A stretch of DNA of 64,000 nt from Escherichia coli (lineage in GTDB: Bacteria; Pseudomonadota; Gammaproteobacteria; Enterobacterales; Enterobacteriaceae), in NCBI RefSeq assembly GCF_030013595.1, contig NZ_CP122768.1. One strand, 5' to 3'. Below, piece after piece: positions 44,099 through 56,427 of this stretch. The notes under the pieces are model-generated. The model was not told the DNA's origin and made no database searches. It worked only from the letters and a program-made list of their open reading frames with translations. Position numbers and translations under genes: made by a program. Every line of letters begins with the position of its first letter. The first letter of the stretch is position 1.

Positions 44099-44282
44099 CT
44101 TAATCCAGTGCAGTGTCTTAGCTGAATACAAGTCGCCAGGAGTATATGAATAAATCCCGGCAGCGGATAGCGTCAAGCCTGGCTTGCAGAAAAACTCGGA
44201 ATAAACCTTATTTGTTGCAGCCCTGTGGCACAATGGTCAACATAATACCCTAACCCGACAACGCGAAAAAAAGAACTTTGCC

Positions 44283-45047
44283 ATGAAATTGAATATCCGC
44301 GCGCAAACTGCACAAAACCAGCACAATAATTCTCCCATCGTTCTTGTCCATGGTCTGTTTGGTAGCCTCGACAACCTTGGCGTACTGGCTCGCGATCTGG
44401 TAAACGATCACAATATCATCCTGGTTGATATGCGTAACCACGGTCTTTCACCGAGAGATCCGGTGATGAATTACCCGGCGATGGCGCAGGATCTTGTTGA
44501 TACCCTGGATGCACTGCAGATCGACAAAGCAACATTTATCGGTCACTCCATGGGCGGTAAAGCGGTAATGGCACTTACTGCACTGGCCCCCGATCGCATC
44601 GATAAACTGGTGGCGATCGATATCGCACCGGTCGACTATCACGTACGCCGGCATGATGAGATTTTCGCGGCCATCAACGCAGTCAGTGAATCGGACGCAC
44701 AAACTCGCCAGCAAGCAGCAGCAATAATGCGCCAGCATCTTAATGAAGAAGGGGTGATTCAGTTTCTGCTGAAATCTTTTGTTGACGGGGAGTGGCGCTT
44801 TAACGTGCCGGTATTGTGGGATCAGTATCCGCATATTGTGGGTTGGGAGAAAATCCCGGCCTGGGATCACCCTGCCCTGTTTATCCCAGGCGGCAACTCT
44901 CCGTATGTTAGCGAGCAGTACCGTGATGATTTACTGGCACAATTTCCACAGGCACGGGCGCATGTGATTGCAGGCGCGGGTCACTGGGTCCATGCTGAAA
45001 AACCGGATGCGGTATTACGCGCTATCCGTCGCTATCTCAATGATTAA
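44283..45047 (+). CDS. ybfF: alpha/beta-hydrolase esterase
   Basis: ORF track 254 aa MKLNIRAQTAQNQHNNSPIVLVHGLFGS..., GHSMGG nucleophile elbow. Confidence 0.93.
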   Translation: MKLNIRAQTAQNQHNNSPIVLVHGLFGSLDNLGVLARDLVNDHNIILVDMRNHGLSPRDPVMNYPAMAQDLVDTLDALQIDKATFIGHSMGGKAVMALTALAPDRIDKLVAIDIAPVDYHVRRHDEIFAAINAVSESDAQTRQQAAAIMRQHLNEEGVIQFLLKSFVDGEWRFNVPVLWDQYPHIVGWEKIPAWDHPALFIPGGNSPYVSEQYRDDLLAQFPQARAHVIAGAGHWVHAEKPDAVLRAIRRYLND

Positions 45048-45186
45048 CGCAACTGATTAAAAACCCAGCGTCCGCGTCGCTTTCCGCGCGTGGGCGTTGG
45101 CGTGACTCATCGCGCTGATGTATTATGGCGCGCTATCCATCCGGGCAGAGGCCTGGCTGATTGTTTCCCCCGAAGTCACCAAGATC

Positions 45187-45480
45187 ATGGCCAAAGAACA
45201 AACGGACCGTACGACATTAGATCTGTTCGCGCACGAGCGTCGACCGGGACGACCGAAAACTAATCCGCTTTCGCGCGATGAACAGCTGCGTATTAATAAA
45301 CGCAACCAGCTAAAACGCGACAAAGTACGTGGCCTTAAGCGTGTCGAACTGAAGCTGAACGCGGAAGCTGTCGAGGCGCTGAACGAGCTGGCGGAATCGC
45401 GCAATATGAGCCGTAGCGAACTGATCGAAGAGATGTTAATGCAGCAACTGGCGGCGCTGCGTAGTCAGGGCATCGTTTAA
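45187..45480 (+). CDS. ybfE: small conserved protein YbfE
   Basis: Within ORF 45118..45480; start at [24 protein letters not shown] (ATG 45187), 97 aa. Confidence 0.8.
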   Translation: MAKEQTDRTTLDLFAHERRPGRPKTNPLSRDEQLRINKRNQLKRDKVRGLKRVELKLNAEAVEALNELAESRNMSRSELIEEMLMQQLAALRSQGIV

Positions 45481-45619
45481 ATTTCCACTTTCATGTAGCA
45501 CAGTGTGCAGTCCTGCTCGTTTGCTGATTCCGCAAGACTGCCTGTTCTGCTATGATTGCCTTTATCCGTGGGCAATTTTCCACCCCCATTTCAATAAGTT
45601 TCAAGAGGTTATTTCACTC

Positions 45620-46150
45620 ATGGCTATCACTGGCATCTTTTTCGGCAGCGACACCGGTAATACCGAAAATATCGCAAAAATGATTCAAAAACAGCTTGGT
45701 AAAGACGTTGCCGATGTCCATGACATTGCAAAAAGCAGCAAAGAAGATCTGGAAGCTTATGACATTCTGCTGCTGGGCATCCCAACCTGGTATTACGGCG
45801 AAGCGCAGTGTGACTGGGATGACTTCTTCCCGACTCTCGAAGAGATTGATTTCAACGGCAAACTGGTTGCGCTGTTTGGTTGTGGTGACCAGGAAGATTA
45901 CGCCGAATATTTCTGCGACGCATTGGGCACCATCCGCGACATCATTGAACCGCGCGGTGCAACCATCGTTGGTCACTGGCCAACTGCGGGCTACCATTTC
46001 GAAGCGTCAAAAGGTCTGGCTGATGACGACCACTTTGTCGGTCTGGCTATCGACGAAGACCGTCAGCCGGAACTGACCGCTGAACGTGTAGAAAAATGGG
46101 TTAAACAGATTTCTGAAGAGTTGCATCTCGACGAAATTCTCAATGCCTGA
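45620..46150 (+). CDS. fldA: flavodoxin 1
   Basis: Within ORF 45503..46150; start at [23 protein letters not shown] (ATG 45620), 176 aa. Confidence 0.96.
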
Positions 46151-46158
46151 TGTGATGC

Positions 46159-46185
46159 GGCGTAGACTCATGTCTACGCCGTATT
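46159..46185 (+). terminator. hairpin downstream of fldA
   Basis: GGCGTAGAC-TCAT-GTCTACGCC perfect stem-loop; weak T-tract, so may be partial. Confidence 0.45.
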
Positions 46186-46355
46186 AATAGATAATGCCAA
46201 TCAAAATAATTGCTACAAATTTGTAACTTTTGCTGTTGTACCTGTACAATGTCCCGGTGTTCAAGTGGCCTTGCCGTTGTAAATGTAAGCTGTGCCACGT
46301 TTTTATTAACAATATTTGCCAGGGACTTGTGGTTTTCATTTAGGCGTGGCAATTC

Positions 46356-46374
46356 TATAATGATACGCATTATC
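46356..46374 (+). promoter_or_regulatory. Fur box in the fur/uof promoter region
   Basis: TATAATGATACGCATTATC, 16 of 19 matches to the GATAATGATAATCATTATC consensus; overlaps the uof start. Confidence 0.5.
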
Positions 46375-46446
46375 TCAAGAGCAAATTCTGTCACTTCTCC
46401 TAATGAAGTGAACCGCTTAGTAACAGGACAGATTCCGCATGACTGA
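46360..46446 (+). CDS. uof: fur upstream ORF (leader peptide coupling fur translation)
   Basis: 28-codon ORF MIRIISRANSVTSPNEVNRLVTGQIPHD ending 5 nt into fur (C-terminal part of ORF-track 46210..46446). Confidence 0.7.
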   Translation: MIRIISRANSVTSPNEVNRLVTGQIPHD

Positions 46447-46885
46447 TAACAATACCGCCCTAAAGAAAGCTGGCCTGAAAGTAACGCTTCCTCGTTTAAA
46501 AATCCTGGAAGTTCTTCAGGAGCCGGACAACCATCACGTCAGTGCGGAAGATTTATACAAACGTCTGATCGATATGGGTGAAGAAATTGGTCTGGCTACG
46601 GTATATCGCGTACTGAACCAGTTTGACGATGCTGGTATCGTCACCCGCCACAATTTTGAAGGCGGTAAATCCGTATTTGAACTGACACAGCAACATCACC
46701 ACGATCACCTGATCTGCCTCGACTGCGGCAAGGTTATCGAATTTAGTGATGATTCCATCGAAGCGCGTCAGCGTGAAATTGCCGCAAAACATGGCATTCG
46801 CCTGACTAACCACAGTCTCTATCTTTACGGTCACTGTGCCGAAGGCGATTGCCGCGAAGATGAGCACGCGCACGAAGGCAAATAA
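46439..46885 (+). CDS. fur: ferric uptake regulator
   Basis: ORF track 148 aa MTDNNTALKKAGLKVTLPRLKILEVLQEP... Confidence 0.97.
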   Translation: MTDNNTALKKAGLKVTLPRLKILEVLQEPDNHHVSAEDLYKRLIDMGEEIGLATVYRVLNQFDDAGIVTRHNFEGGKSVFELTQQHHHDHLICLDCGKVIEFSDDSIEARQREIAAKHGIRLTNHSLYLYGHCAEGDCREDEHAHEGK

Positions 46886-46902
46886 GCCAGCCGGAACGAG
46901 AA

Positions 46903-46930
46903 AAGCCAACCTGCGGGTTGGCTTTTTTAT
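46903..46930. terminator. bidirectional terminator between fur and chiQ
   Basis: AGCCAACC-TGCG-GGTTGGCT stem followed by TTTTTT. Confidence 0.65.
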
Positions 46931-46968
46931 ACACGGGAAATAAGAAAAGCGAGAGTTACAGCTCTCAC

Positions 46969-47295
46969 TTATTTGTTATTACTGCGAATTTCCTGCCAGA
47001 CCTTATCACAATCGGCTTTTACCGCCTGGTCATTACCGATTTGCGTTGCGCGCAGACACTGCTGATAATCCAGTACGCGTACACTTTCCTGGTCGGCAAA
47101 CTGCTGATGTTGTTTCTCTTTCTTTAGCACGTTTAACACGCTCTGGCAGGCTTCAATTTTTTCCGGCGAACCTTGCGCGGTGTTGATACAGGCGCTGTAA
47201 GCCTCTTTCAGACGGCTGTCTTCCTGCGGTGCGGTTGATTGCGCACAAGCTACCAGCCCCGTTGCCATCATGGCGATGAGAATCAGTTTTTTCAT
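46969..47295 (-). CDS. chiQ: chitooligosaccharide-operon lipoprotein ChiQ
   Basis: ORF track 108 aa MKKLILIAMMATGLVAC (lipobox)...; downstream of chiP. Confidence 0.88.
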   Translation of the reverse strand: MKKLILIAMMATGLVACAQSTAPQEDSRLKEAYSACINTAQGSPEKIEACQSVLNVLKKEKQHQQFADQESVRVLDYQQCLRATQIGNDQAVKADCDKVWQEIRSNNK

Positions 47296-47344
47296 AGCAA
47301 ATTCCTCAAACGTGCGGCAGGCACAAAACCTGCCGCGTCGGGCA

Positions 47345-48209
47345 TCAGAAGATGGTGAATGGTGCGATTACCATGAATTTCACGTCGCGCTCATCCTGGA
47401 AAATGTTGCCGTAACCACCGCCCCAGCTTGGGATGTCGGAGTGGTTGTCATATTCGGTGAAATGCAGTTTGAACATCGTGCCCTTGGCGCGACCGTCCTG
47501 AATGGTGTACACCGCATCCAGGCTATATGCAGACTCTTCAATAGTCCGGTTCTTGTCGTAGTACGCATCCGGATTGCTCTGCCAGGTAGCGGGTTTAGCA
47601 TCCCATGCGTAAACGTAGGAAGCGCCGATGGCGAAGCCTGGAAGATTCCAGTTTTTCAGGTCATACATCGCACCGAAGAAGACCGCTTTTTCGCCGTTGG
47701 CGTTGAAGTCAGAACGGTTATCCCACCAGATATCCAGGCGACCGTTCGAGGAAGCGTAGGTTGGAGTCATACGTTGCAGGAAGTATCCCTGCTGACCGTC
47801 GGCTTTAACCCAGGTGCCTTCCAGACGCAAATCCACTACATCAGCCGCCCGGTAACCAAAGGTCAACGCTTGCAGCCAGGCGGTGCCGTCATAAAGATCG
47901 TTGACGCTGCGATCGTCAACTTTATCGCGCGTACCATAGAACTGGTAGCTGGTGGTTAACGGGCTACCGGCGATATCAAATTTGTAGCTGGCTTTGGCAA
48001 AATATTGATCGATATCCCCTTCTGCCTGACCAAATGCCGCTTCCAGTACAAAGTTATTTTTGAAGTCGTACTTCGCACCGATGGAGTGCAGATAATCAAC
48101 TTTGGTGGTTTTATCGTTCTGATAAAACTCATCCATTTCCAGATGCCACGGTGCTTTGTATTCGTTGGTCCACATGTAGGAGAAACTCAAGGCACCAGCA
48201 TCGCCGTAA
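47345..48209 (-). pseudogene. chiP: chiP chitoporin, C-terminal fragment (gene split by IS903-family insertion)
   Basis: Frame reading ...[21 protein letters not shown]... continues the N-terminal fragment exactly across the insertion. Confidence 0.9.
48201..48209. repeat. target-site duplication (left copy), TCGCCGTAA
   Basis: Identical 9-mer at 49267..49275 immediately flanking the other IS end. Confidence 0.9.
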
Positions 48210-48227
48210 GGCTTTGTTGAATAAATC
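48210..48227. repeat. IS903 left terminal inverted repeat
   Basis: GGCTTTGTTGAATAAATC; inverse complement found at 49249..49266. Confidence 0.9.
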
Positions 48228-48286
48228 GAACTTTTGCTGAGTTGAAGGATCAGATCACGCATCCTCCCGACAACACAGACCATTCC

Positions 48287-49210
48287 GTGGCAAAGCAAAA
48301 GTTCAGAATCACCAACTGGTCCACCTACAACAAAGCTCTCATCAACCGTGGCTCCCTCACTTTCTGGCTGGATGATGAAGCGATTCAGGCCTGGTATGAG
48401 TCGGCAACGCCTTCATCACGAGGAAGGCCCCAGCGCTATTCTGATCTCGCCATCACCACCGTTCTGGTGATTAAACGCGTATTCCGGCTGACCCTGCGGG
48501 CTGCGCAGGGCTTTATTGATTCCATTTTTTCTCTGATGAACGTTCCGCTACGCTGCCCGGATTACAGCTGTGTCAGCAGGCGGGCAAAGTCGGTTAATGT
48601 CAGTTTCAAAACGCCCACCCGGGGTGAAATCGCACACCTGGTAATTGATTCCACCGGGCTGAAGGTCTTCGGTGAAGGCGAGTGGAAAGTCAAAAAGCAT
48701 GGCCAGGAACGCCGCCGTATCTGGCGTAAGCTGCATCTCGCCGTTGACAGTAAAACACATGAAATCATCTGCGCTGACCTGTCGCTGAACAACGTTACGG
48801 ACTCAGAGGCCTTCCCCGGGTTAATCCGGCAAACCCACCGGAAAATCAGGTCAGCCGCCGCCGATGGCGCTTACGATACCCGGCTATGTCACGATGAACT
48901 GCGGCGTAAGAAAATCAGCGCGCTTATCCCTCCCCGAAAAGGTGCGGGTTACTGGCCCGGTGAATATGCAGACCGTAACCGTGCAGTGGCTAATCAGCGA
49001 ATGACCGGGAGTAATGCGCGGTGGAAATGGACAACAGATTACAACCGTCGCTCGATAGCGGAAACGGCGATGTACCGGGTAAAACAGCTGTTCGGGGGTT
49101 CACTGACGCTGCGTGACTACGATGGTCAGGTTGCGGAGGCTATGGCCCTGGTACGAGCGCTGAACAAAATGACGAAAGCAGGTATGCCTGAAAGCGTGCG
49201 TATTGCCTGA
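48287..49210 (+). CDS. IS903-family transposase
   Basis: ORF track 48242..49210; GTG at 48287 gives 307 aa beginning [39 protein letters not shown], matching the IS903 transposase as I recall it. Confidence 0.9.
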   Translation: MAKQKFRITNWSTYNKALINRGSLTFWLDDEAIQAWYESATPSSRGRPQRYSDLAITTVLVIKRVFRLTLRAAQGFIDSIFSLMNVPLRCPDYSCVSRRAKSVNVSFKTPTRGEIAHLVIDSTGLKVFGEGEWKVKKHGQERRRIWRKLHLAVDSKTHEIICADLSLNNVTDSEAFPGLIRQTHRKIRSAAADGAYDTRLCHDELRRKKISALIPPRKGAGYWPGEYADRNRAVANQRMTGSNARWKWTTDYNRRSIAETAMYRVKQLFGGSLTLRDYDGQVAEAMALVRALNKMTKAGMPESVRIA

Positions 49211-49248
49211 AAACACAACCCGCTACGGGGGAGACTTACCCAAAATCT

Positions 49249-49266
49249 GATTTATTCAACAAAGCC
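49249..49266. repeat. IS903 right terminal inverted repeat
   Basis: GATTTATTCAACAAAGCC, perfect inverse complement of the left repeat. Confidence 0.9.
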
Positions 49267-49275
49267 TCGCCGTAA
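49267..49275. repeat. target-site duplication (right copy), TCGCCGTAA
   Basis: Identical to 48201..48209. Confidence 0.9.
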
Positions 49276-49817
49276 TCAAAATTCGCTCCGGCTTCCGCAC
49301 CCTGATAAGTACCTGGCATAAAGCTCCAGTGCGGCGCTAACAGCGTCTGACCGGTTGGCTGAATATAACCTGCCCTCGCCCAAACCGGACCGTATTTAAA
49401 TTTGGCCGCAGCTTTATACAGGCTTATACCGCTTTTGTCGCCGGACCAGTCTTCGTCATAGGCTTTATTACTTTTTGAAAACGCGATTTCGTTCGGGTGA
49501 GAGCTGTCGCCGTTTTCCGCCATTTCAATCGCCGTAAACGCGGCAATATCAAGGCCGAACATATCAGCAGCATAACCGGACTGAAAATCGAGGTTGGCGT
49601 TCCAGGTGGAGTGAGAAAGGTTGGTTTTGTATTTGTCGCCGTCGGTAACATCTTTACGGTCGCGTTCACGCTGCCAGTAATAGATACCGCCGGTTAAGGT
49701 TGAATCGTCGATGAATCCTTCGGCGCGAGCCTCCGGCATTGCCATAAAGCCCGACATTGCTGTAACACCGGCGATAGCCAGCGCCAGCGTACTACGTTTG
49801 CCACTAAACGTACGCAT
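49267..49817 (-). pseudogene. chiP: chiP chitoporin, N-terminal fragment
   Basis: [32 protein letters not shown]...GANFDYG, then the frame runs into the IS and stops after 10 codons. Confidence 0.9.
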
Positions 49818-50209
49818 GGGTTAATCCTCTTTGACGTATAAATTGCTGCACCAAAGGTGAACAGCGAAAAAAATAAAAATTAAAAAAGTAGCGTTGAGAA
49901 AAGTCTCGCTGACTACAGGAACAGACTATTTTTCGCGACGCGAATTATCAATCTCTTTCTGTAACCAGAATGTAAGAACATGAGCAACCGCACATATTTT
50001 GATGATTTTTGTTACAAGGCTTAAGTTTGCGGTTGAAAGGCTTGCAGAAGAATAAAAACGTGAAATTCCAGCAAGATGAAAGCGTTTACATTTTATTTAA
50101 TTATGATTTGTGATTTTAAATTTATTTTATGAATAAATTGCGAAGCGGAATTAATTCGCGAAGAAAAGCAGAAAAAAACGCCGCAGAGCGCGGCATTTTG
50201 AATTGTTTG

Positions 50210-50245
50210 CATGTTTCATGCCGGATGCGGCGTAAACGCCTCACC
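50210..50245. repeat. REP (repetitive extragenic palindromic) element
   Basis: GCCGGATGCGGCGTAAACGCCTCACCCGGCCTGGTA resembles the REP consensus; lies between glnS 3' end and chiP upstream region. Confidence 0.5.
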
Positions 50246-50265
50246 CGGCCTGGTAGAACTTAAAA

Positions 50266-51930
50266 TTACTCGCCTACTTTCGCCCAGGTATCACGCAGCC
50301 CAACGGTGCGGTTAAATACCGGTTTTTCCGCCGTAGAATGGCGGCTGTCGAGGCAGAAATAACCTTCACGCTCAAACTGGAATGCTTTACCCGCTACCGC
50401 GTCTTTCAGAGACGGTTCAGCAAAGCCCTGTTTGATCACCAGCGATTCCGGGTTAATCACCGACAGGAAATCATCCGCAGCACCTGGGTTCGGCACGCTG
50501 AACAGACGATCGTACAGGCGGATTTCAACCGGCAGCGCATGTGCCGAGCTCACCCAGTGAATAACGCCTTTCACTTTACGACCATCTGCCGGATCTTTGC
50601 TTAAGGTGTCGGCGTCATAAGTACAGAAGATGGTGGTGATATTGCCTTCGGCATCTTTCTCCACGCGTTCTGCCTTAATGACGTAAGCATTACGCAGACG
50701 CACTTCTTTACCCAGCACCAGACGCTTGTACTGCTTGTTAGCTTCTTCGCGGAAATCGGCGCGATCGATCCAAATCTCACCGCTAAACGGCACCTGACGG
50801 CTCCCCATTTCCGGTTTGTTCGGATGGTTCGGCATGGTAACCATTTCACCTTCGCCCTGATAGTTTTCGATAACCAGTTTCACCGGATCGATAACCGCCA
50901 TTGCGCGCGGGGCGTTTTCGTTGAGATCTTCACGGATGCAGGATTCCAGCGACGCCATTTCAATGGTGTTGTCCTGCTTGGTCACGCCGATGCGTTTGCA
51001 GAACTCACGAATAGAAGCCGCAGTGTAACCACGACGACGCAGACCGGAAATGGTCGGCATACGCGGGTCATCCCAGCCTTCAACGTGCTTGTCGGTCACC
51101 AGCAGGTTCAGCTTACGCTTGGACATCACAGTGTATTCCAGATTCAGGCGCGAGAATTCGTACTGGCGCGGGTGAACAGGAATGGTGATGTTGTCCAGCA
51201 CCCAGTCGTACAGGCGACGGTTGTCCTGGAACTCAAGCGTACACAGAGAGTGCGTAATACCTTCCAGCGCATCGCTGATGCAATGGGTGAAGTCGTACAT
51301 CGGGTAGATGCACCACTTGTTGCCAGTCTGGTGGTGTTCAGCAAATTTAATGCGGTACAGCACCGGATCGCGCATTACGATAAATGGCGACGCCATGTCG
51401 ATTTTCGCACGCAGGCAGGCTTTACCTTCTTCAAAACCGCCGGTACGCATTTTCTCGAACAGCGCCAGGTTCTCTTCAACGCTGCGGTCGCGGTACGGGC
51501 TGTTTTTACCCGGCTGCGTCAGGGTGCCGCGGTATTCGCGGATCTGTTCCGGTGTCAGTTCATCAACGTACGCCAGGCCTTTATTGATCAGTTCGATCGC
51601 ATAGGCGTGGAGCTGATCAAAATAATCGGAGGAGTAACGGACGTTACCAGACCAGTGAAAACCTAACCACTCAACGTCGTTTTTGATCGACTCAACATAC
51701 TCGATATCTTCTTTTACCGGGTTAGTGTCGTCGAAACGCAGGTTGCACTGGCCTTTATAGTCCTGGGCGATCCCGAAGTTCAGGCAGATAGATTTCGCAT
51801 GGCCAATATGCAGATAGCCATTCGGCTCCGGCGGGAAACGGGTGTGTACTGTGGTGTGCTTACCACTGGCCAGATCTTCATCGATGATCTGACGAATAAA
51901 GTTAGTCGGGCGGGCTTCTGCCTCACTCAT
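50266..51930 (-). CDS. glnS: glutaminyl-tRNA synthetase
   Basis: ORF track 554 aa [20 protein letters not shown]..., HIGH motif ([14 protein letters not shown]) and VMSKR (KMSK-class) motif. Confidence 0.97.
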   Translation of the reverse strand: MSEAEARPTNFIRQIIDEDLASGKHTTVHTRFPPEPNGYLHIGHAKSICLNFGIAQDYKGQCNLRFDDTNPVKEDIEYVESIKNDVEWLGFHWSGNVRYSSDYFDQLHAYAIELINKGLAYVDELTPEQIREYRGTLTQPGKNSPYRDRSVEENLALFEKMRTGGFEEGKACLRAKIDMASPFIVMRDPVLYRIKFAEHHQTGNKWCIYPMYDFTHCISDALEGITHSLCTLEFQDNRRLYDWVLDNITIPVHPRQYEFSRLNLEYTVMSKRKLNLLVTDKHVEGWDDPRMPTISGLRRRGYTAASIREFCKRIGVTKQDNTIEMASLESCIREDLNENAPRAMAVIDPVKLVIENYQGEGEMVTMPNHPNKPEMGSRQVPFSGEIWIDRADFREEANKQYKRLVLGKEVRLRNAYVIKAERVEKDAEGNITTIFCTYDADTLSKDPADGRKVKGVIHWVSSAHALPVEIRLYDRLFSVPNPGAADDFLSVINPESLVIKQGFAEPSLKDAVAGKAFQFEREGYFCLDSRHSTAEKPVFNRTVGLRDTWAKVGE

Positions 51931-52092
51931 CGTGGATTCCTCAAAGCGTAAACAACGTATAACGGCGTATGATCTTATAAGCGGGACAGGCTGACAACTG
52001 TTAGTTAGTGAAAATCGAAAATCTCACTGAGATTATGGGGATGATTGATGAAAAAAAAGCGGCAGAGAAGATCTCCACCGCTTGTCATTGTT

Positions 52093-52120
52093 GGATGCGA
52101 CGCTCAAGCGTCGCATCAGG
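52093..52120. repeat. REP-like palindrome, probably also the nagE terminator
   Basis: GGATGCGACGCT-CAAG-CGTCGCATCAGGCA directly downstream of the nagE stop. Confidence 0.5.
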
Positions 52121-52131
52121 CATAAAGCAGA

Positions 52132-54078
52132 TTACTTTTTGATTTCATACAGCGGTGTTTGACCCGCCATGACATGGCCCTGAGCTTTAATGATCAAGCC
52201 GCTGAAATCGTCGATATTGCTGCAAACCACCGGGCTAATCATCGAACGGGCGTTAGCGTTCAGGTAATCCAGATCCATTTCCAGAATCGGTTGCCCTGCG
52301 CTTACTTGCGCGCCCTCTTCCACCAGACGTTTAAAACCTTTACCTTCCAGCGCTACGGTGTCGATACCCATATGGACGACGATCTCCGCGCCTTTTTCGG
52401 TTTCCAGGCAGAACGCGTGGTTGGTATTGAAGATTTTCACGATTGTCCCTGCGGCTGGTGATACGACGATTTTATCTGTCGGTTTCACCGCCACACCGTC
52501 ACCCACCGCTTTGCTGGCGAATGCTTCGTCAGGAACCTGATCCAGTGCCACAACATCACCGGTAATCGGCGATACCAGCTCCGCGATAGACACCGCGTTT
52601 GGTACAGCCTGCGGTTTTGCTACAGGCGCGGCAGTTGCAGGCGCAGTTTCAGCTGACGCAGCGGCTACCGGACCACGGGCAACAACTTTCTTCATTGCAT
52701 CGCCAATGGATTCCGCTTTCGCGCCAACAATCACCTGAATAGTCTGTTTGTTCAGTTTCACTACCCCAGAAGCACCCAGCCGTTTACACATCGCATCGTT
52801 GACGCGAGCCGAGTCAACCACGGTCAGGCGCAGACGAGTAATACAGGCGTCAATTGCTTTCAGGTTGTCAGTGCCGCCAACCGCAGCAATATAGTTGGTC
52901 GCCAGTTGATTGAGGCCTTCTTCAGTGTTGCTGTTGGCTTCTTCAGTAACGATCTCATCTTCTTTATCTTCACGACCCGGCGTTTTCAGGTTGAACATGC
53001 GGATAACCAAACTGAACACCACGAAGTAGATAGCGAAGAAGACAACACCCATCACCAGCAGCATCCAGACGTTCTGGCTGGCGGCCGGCAGGTTATACAT
53101 CAACGCGTAGTCGATAGCCCCCGCAGAGAAGGAGAAGCCCGCGTGGATACCCAGCAGCGTTGCCACAAACAGGCTGATACCGGTCAGCAGTGCGTGCAGG
53201 AGGTACAGCAGCGGCGCAAGGAACATGAACAGGAATTCCAACGGCTCAGTCACACCGGTCAGGAACGCAGTAACAGCAACAGAAAGCAGCATACCGCCAA
53301 CCATCGGACGACGCTCTTTCGGTGCTGCAAAGTACATCGCCAGCGCCGCACCCGGCAGACCGAACATCATGATCGGGAAGAAGCCGGACATGAACATCCC
53401 CGCGGTGCCGTCACCAGCGTAGAAACGGTTGATGTCGCCGTGGAAAACCGTACCCGCCGCGTTGGTGAATTCACCAATCTGGAACCAGGCGATGGTGTTC
53501 AGCACCTGATGCAGACCGGTTGGGATCAGCAGACGGTTGATGAAACCAAAGATACCGGAACCCAGCGCGCCCGCAGAAACGATCCACTCGCCGCCTGCAT
53601 GGATAGCGTGCTGTACCGGCGGCCAGACGTAACCAAAAATGGCCGCCAGCACCAGGCAGAAGAAGCCGGTGGCAATCGGCACAAAGCGTTTGCCGCCGAA
53701 GAAGCTCAGGAAGTCAGGCAGTTTAATATCGGACCAACGGTTATAGGCTGCGCCACCAACCAGACCGGTAATGATACCCGCCAGTACACCCATGTTAATT
53801 TCTGGGTTGATGGTCACCATCGCTTTGGTTAACACAAAGTAACCTACCGCACCCGCCAGCGCCGCCGCACCTGCGCTGTCTTTCGACCAGCTGGATGCCA
53901 CACCGATGGCGAAGATTAATGCGAGGTTATCAAAAATCGCACCGCCCGCCTGGGCAATAAACGCAACGTTAAGTAAATCTGGCTGACCGAATCGCAGCAA
54001 CAGCGCCGCCACCGGCAGCACCGCGATAGGGAGCTGTAACGCCCTACCGAGTCGCTGGAAAAAACCTAAAATATTCAT
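52132..54078 (-). CDS. nagE: PTS N-acetylglucosamine-specific EIICBA component
   Basis: ORF track 648 aa MNILGFFQRLGRALQLPIAVLPVAALL... Confidence 0.97.
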   Translation of the reverse strand: MNILGFFQRLGRALQLPIAVLPVAALLLRFGQPDLLNVAFIAQAGGAIFDNLALIFAIGVASSWSKDSAGAAALAGAVGYFVLTKAMVTINPEINMGVLAGIITGLVGGAAYNRWSDIKLPDFLSFFGGKRFVPIATGFFCLVLAAIFGYVWPPVQHAIHAGGEWIVSAGALGSGIFGFINRLLIPTGLHQVLNTIAWFQIGEFTNAAGTVFHGDINRFYAGDGTAGMFMSGFFPIMMFGLPGAALAMYFAAPKERRPMVGGMLLSVAVTAFLTGVTEPLEFLFMFLAPLLYLLHALLTGISLFVATLLGIHAGFSFSAGAIDYALMYNLPAASQNVWMLLVMGVVFFAIYFVVFSLVIRMFNLKTPGREDKEDEIVTEEANSNTEEGLNQLATNYIAAVGGTDNLKAIDACITRLRLTVVDSARVNDAMCKRLGASGVVKLNKQTIQVIVGAKAESIGDAMKKVVARGPVAAASAETAPATAAPVAKPQAVPNAVSIAELVSPITGDVVALDQVPDEAFASKAVGDGVAVKPTDKIVVSPAAGTIVKIFNTNHAFCLETEKGAEIVVHMGIDTVALEGKGFKRLVEEGAQVSAGQPILEMDLDYLNANARSMISPVVCSNIDDFSGLIIKAQGHVMAGQTPLYEIKK

Positions 54079-54200
54079 CTTATTCCCCCTACGAGAACCC
54101 TATTTGGCTCGTTTAAAGCCGTATTTTTATTTTGCTGCAAATTGTACTGCCGATGTTCTGTAATCAGATTGTTAGATCATCTGCTACAGAGTGTGTGAAA

Positions 54201-54226
54201 ATTTAATTCGTATCGCAAATTAAACG
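54201..54226. promoter_or_regulatory. putative NagC operator in the nagE-nagB divergent region
   Basis: AT-rich pseudo-palindrome TAATTCGTATCGCAAATTAA adjacent to the CRP site; assignment from memory of nag regulon architecture, not verified. Confidence 0.3.
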
Positions 54227-54235
54227 CGTGTCTTT

Positions 54236-54251
54236 TGTGAGTTTTGTCACC
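54236..54251. promoter_or_regulatory. CRP-binding site between nagE and nagB
   Basis: TGTGAGTTTTGTCACC, close to the TGTGA-N6-TCACA consensus. Confidence 0.55.
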
Positions 54252-54410
54252 AAATATCGTTATCATCACTCCCTTTTACTGGCTAAACCAGAAAACTTAT
54301 TTTATCATTCAAAAAATCAGGTCGGATTGACGCCTGTCTGCGCAAATCCAGGTTACGCTTAAAGATGCCTAATCCGCCAACGGCTTACATTTTACTTATT
54401 GAGGTGAATA

Positions 54411-56419
<2,009 letters not shown>

Positions 56420-56427
56420 GAGAAAGT

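Larger units (their letters stand above)
48210..49266 (+). mobile_element. IS903-family (IS5 family, IS903/IS102 group) insertion sequence, 1057 bp
   Basis: 18-bp terminal inverted repeats, one 307-codon transposase ORF, flanking 9-bp direct repeats, length equal to IS903. Confidence 0.93.

Noticed and set aside
45048-45186. Possible LexA box upstream of ybfE
   Set aside because: Looked for CTG-N10-CAG; only partial matches (CTGATGTATTATGG) without the second half-site, so not called.
50824-51666. 280-aa plus-strand ORF
   Set aside because: Antisense within glnS.
52906-53832. 308-aa plus-strand ORF
   Set aside because: Antisense within nagE.
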